A DNA stretch of 33,007 nucleotides, from positions 1 to 33,007 of the IMG/VR virus record IMGVR_UViG_3300027586_000025. One strand, given 5' to 3'. Below the pieces are notes generated by a model, which was not told the DNA's origin, did not search any database, and worked only from the letters and a program-made list of their open reading frames with translations. A program made the position numbers and the translations under genes. Origin of the DNA: a virus (taxonomy: Duplodnaviria > Caudoviricetes). How positions within the stretch are numbered: position 1 is the stretch's first letter; every line of letters starts with the position of its first letter. Shown here in pieces: positions 30,115 to 33,007 of this stretch.

Positions 30115-31140
30115 TTATCTCCCGAACAGAGTCGGCACAATTGCGTGCATCATGCCGCCCCACAGCCCCATATCTTGCAGCTTGTTCTGCCCAGCTGGCG
30201 TAAGGCCACCCAGAGCTGACAACGCCCGGCCGGCTATATTAGCCGTCGCCAGACCGACGCCAGCTGATGCAATCCCGCGAATAACAGTCATGGGGCTAAT
30301 GATAGGCGACTGATGCTGGGCACTTAAGCCCGACATCATGCCCGTCATCGCCGCGCCGTACTGCGGGGGCGTGTGCGTTTGAAAGCCGTTCGCAGCCCCG
30401 CGGCCAACGTCGCTCCACACAGCGTTATTAAACTGCGGCACATTGATAGACGGCGTGTGCAACCTTGGTTGATTAAACTGGTTAAACGAATCAAACGACT
30501 CTTTGACGTATTCAGAGATCGGCGTTGCGCTGTTAGACGTAAACAGGCCGCGCAGCGTATTGGTCCCTGTGGCGCGCCCATTCACATAGGCATTGTTTAA
30601 GCCTAGGCCTACGCCGGTCAGGGCGCCCACTGCGCCGAGCGTGCGCCGCAGTTTACCCCGGGCTACGTATCTTTCTGGAAACAGTTGTTCAGCCAAAGCC
30701 CCAGCGCCGTAGCCCAGACCGCCGGCTAAAAGTCCAGTGACAATGCCATTTGAGAGAGGCGTTGGGCCGCCGAGCATTCTATTGGCTGCTTCCCAAGGGC
30801 CGACGTTTGGAAACTGTGACCCGCGTTTCACGCCAATAGCGTTTGCACTATCTGCTTGGTTAGCCGCGAGCTTGAACCTGAGTTTCGTAGCAACGACACC
30901 GCGGTCGTTTTGCACAGAGTCCCAATAGATATCATATGCCTCTTTGGTGAGCGGTTTGCTTGTGTGCAGCGTGACTGCGTCTGTTTCTGGCGCCCACGTC
31001 ACTGCGCTTGTAGCCAGCGCACCGATTTTCTCGGCGGCCTGTTCGTGCGCCAGTAGCACAGTAAGCGCCGTAGGCAGCAAGTCAACGACGCGGCCAGGAA
31101 CGCCGCGCCAATCTGTGCGATGCAATCTAGATAGCGCCAC
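30115..31140 (-). CDS. Hypothetical Gly-zipper protein (candidate ejection protein)
   Basis: 341 aa, GTG start, several GxxxG segments (GLLAGGLGYGAGALA; GAVGALTGVGLG; GIASAGVGLA), no Cys. Confidence 0.75.
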   Translation of the reverse strand: MALSRLHRTDWRGVPGRVVDLLPTALTVLLAHEQAAEKIGALATSAVTWAPETDAVTLHTSKPLTKEAYDIYWDSVQNDRGVVATKLRFKLAANQADSANAIGVKRGSQFPNVGPWEAANRMLGGPTPLSNGIVTGLLAGGLGYGAGALAEQLFPERYVARGKLRRTLGAVGALTGVGLGLNNAYVNGRATGTNTLRGLFTSNSATPISEYVKESFDSFNQFNQPRLHTPSINVPQFNNAVWSDVGRGAANGFQTHTPPQYGAAMTGMMSGLSAQHQSPIISPMTVIRGIASAGVGLATANIAGRALSALGGLTPAGQNKLQDMGLWGGMMHAIVPTLFGR

Positions 31141-31161
31141 AAAATAGCCTTTCTATACAGC

Positions 31162-31449
31162 TTACTGGCCAAGCGTCGCAATACTGCGCACAGCTCGCCA
31201 CAAAAAGCGTAAACCGAGTGTAATCCATGCTAACAGGCCGCTGAGGGCAAAAAAAACTACTATGCCCGTAAATGTAATAGCGCCGCCGAGATTCCACCAG
31301 TTAATGCCCTGTAAAATCTGCCACGCTTTATAGTAGTTTACTAGCGCCGGCGAAGTAACAGCAGGGCTCACAGGCGCCGGCTCCGGTGGCGGCACAAGCG
31401 GCTTCTTTAAGCCAAGTGTACGTTTGAGTTGCTCAAGCCAGTCAGCCAT
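31162..31449 (-). CDS. Small membrane protein
   Basis: 95 aa with a long hydrophobic segment LGGAITFTGIVVFFALSGLLAWITLGL. Confidence 0.7.
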   Translation of the reverse strand: MADWLEQLKRTLGLKKPLVPPPEPAPVSPAVTSPALVNYYKAWQILQGINWWNLGGAITFTGIVVFFALSGLLAWITLGLRFLWRAVRSIATLGQ

Positions 31450-31464
31450 ATTGCACCGTATATA

Positions 31465-33007
31465 TTATGAGTTGCCCAGCAGGTTTATTGCGCTGTCGCC
31501 GTAGTTGGTAATCATTCTGTCTTTCCAATCGAGCTGCGGTTGCTCGCCGCGAATGGCCTGCTGCGCTAAGTAATTGCGGTACTGCGGGTCTAGCTGCGCG
31601 CGGTACGTTTGCTGGTTTTGCTGGGCGCGCAAAATAAAATCCCCGCGCGCTTTCATGTCCAGCAATTGCGCGCGAATATTTTCGTGTACGGGCTTCTTGT
31701 GGTCGTAGTTCTTGATGGGCGTGCGCAGCTGCATCAAGTTGTTCAGCTGGTTGGCGTAAACGCTGCCAGCAAATTTAAGGCTGCCCGGAATAGCCGACGG
31801 CGGCGTGTGAAAGCGAAACTGAGTCGGCTTGTGCGTGATGCCTTTGTACTTCGGCTTCGGGTCGTCAACCACCCAGTCCTGCGGCGCCTTGGCCATAAGC
31901 CGGGCTAAGATATCATGTTTGGCGGCATAGCGCTTATTGTCAGAGTGTTCTTTGGCCGCGAGCAGCTCTTTTAAGATCTGCGTCCGGGCAAGCTTATCGT
32001 TTATCTTTTCTTCTTCGTAGTCGCCGGCATCTTTTTGCAAATGATCCGCGGCAGCGGCTTTGGCGACTTGATCATTACTTGCGTGTCCTTGCTCATCTGT
32101 TAGCCCTTTCGCTAATGCCTGGGGTAGAACTTTACTGCTGGAAAGAATAGCTGCTGCCGGTGGTTGCAGAGCTAATGACGGATACGCGGCAGTTTCTTGA
32201 AATTTCTTTAATCGGGCTGCCAGCAGTTCTTTTTGCTGTTGACTTTTTAACCACGCACGCGCGATGAGCGCCAAGTCAGTCATTTCTTTATCAACATTGC
32301 CGCCCGGCGTCGACATAGCTGTCTGCGTGTCCGTTAAATGTTTTGGCAGCGCAGCCAGCAGGTGTTCGCGATCGCTCCACTTAGGCGATAGTTTTGTAAT
32401 GTCTGCGGCCGCTTTGAGCTCGCCGCGGCTAATAGGATTGCTAAAGCTTTCGCCTTCGGCTACTTCGACTGGAGTTTCATATCCTTTGGCCTGCCCGTTG
32501 TCGCTGAGCACGCCTTTACGCCGCACAGCTACGAGAATGTGAAACTTGCCTTGGTCGCGCGGGGTTGGCGACAAGCCGTAGCTTTTGCGCAGAGCCGACA
32601 GGCTGGGCGCTGATATCTGCAGTGCCCACGCCTTGCTGACGCCCGGCATGTGCGACACGGCGAGCTCTGTCATGCCAGAAAGCGCATAGCCAAAGCTGTG
32701 CCCGCGCTCGTTAATACTATCCGCGCCGATCTTGGCTACCTCGTCAGCGGTCATGACGGCTATGTTGGCGTTGAGCAGCCCAGCCTTAGCGTCTGTGTCG
32801 CCTGTTGCGCTCTGGGTGGGTAATTCCGCCCCTGGGGCCGAGATCGCGTCAAACACGCCGCGCACTAGGGCATTAGGCACCGAAAGCATGAGCCAGTTGG
32901 CCTTGGTCAGGTACAGCCGGCCGGAAAGCGGATAGCTCACGCTGGCTTGTTTGTTTCCCCGATAAAGCCACGCGAGCGCGTTGCCTGAGATATACGCGGG
33001 GTGTTGC
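31465..33007 (-). CDS. Multi-domain protein with degenerate 2H-phosphoesterase-like domain (5' end probably beyond the window)
   Basis: The frame is open upstream of GTG 32940 to the window edge (QHPAYISGNALAWLYRGNKQAS-VSYPLSGR). NANIAVM...SLSALRKSYGL...FHILVAV resembles a 2H fold. No Cys in the visible ~513 aa. Confidence 0.7.
   Translation of the reverse strand, partial: QHPAYISGNALAWLYRGNKQASVSYPLSGRLYLTKANWLMLSVPNALVRGVFDAISAPGAELPTQSATGDTDAKAGLLNANIAVMTADEVAKIGADSINERGHSFGYALSGMTELAVSHMPGVSKAWALQISAPSLSALRKSYGLSPTPRDQGKFHILVAVRRKGVLSDNGQAKGYETPVEVAEGESFSNPISRGELKAAADITKLSPKWSDREHLLAALPKHLTDTQTAMSTPGGNVDKEMTDLALIARAWLKSQQQKELLAARLKKFQETAAYPSLALQPPAAAILSSSKVLPQALAKGLTDEQGHASNDQVAKAAAADHLQKDAGDYEEEKINDKLARTQILKELLAAKEHSDNKRYAAKHDILARLMAKAPQDWVVDDPKPKYKGITHKPTQFRFHTPPSAIPGSLKFAGSVYANQLNNLMQLRTPIKNYDHKKPVHENIRAQLLDMKARGDFILRAQQNQQTYRAQLDPQYRNYLAQQAIRGEQPQLDWKDRMITNYGDSAINLLGNS

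Overview
This window is part of a large tailed-phage (Caudoviricetes-like) genome. About 30 tightly packed genes all lie on the minus strand and use the standard code; the plus-strand ORFs look like antisense shadows. In transcription order (right to left) it holds: (i) Cys-free, probably virion-internal proteins, including a multi-domain protein with a degenerate 2H-phosphoesterase domain; (ii) a lysis-like cassette with a holin-like gene, an MMP/matrixin metalloprotease, a papain-like protease and small membrane proteins, but no recognisable glycan-cleaving endolysin; (iii) a divergent bacterial-type multisubunit RNA polymerase encoded as a beta+beta'(N) fusion plus a separate beta'(C) gene; (iv) an AT-richer collagen-like fibre gene; (v) a head module (protease, scaffold, decoration, major capsid, terminator, adaptor, Zn-finger neck protein). 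Three signals stand out. The ~2,100-aa RNAP contains no cysteine and has lost both beta' Zn sites, suggesting a packaged and injected enzyme. A K-x-A/S motif recurs across head and internal proteins and may be a maturation or packaging signal. Four ribosome-binding sites are folded into CsrA/RsmA-type ANGGAG-hexaloop hairpins. All homology calls come from motif recognition by eye; no searches were run.
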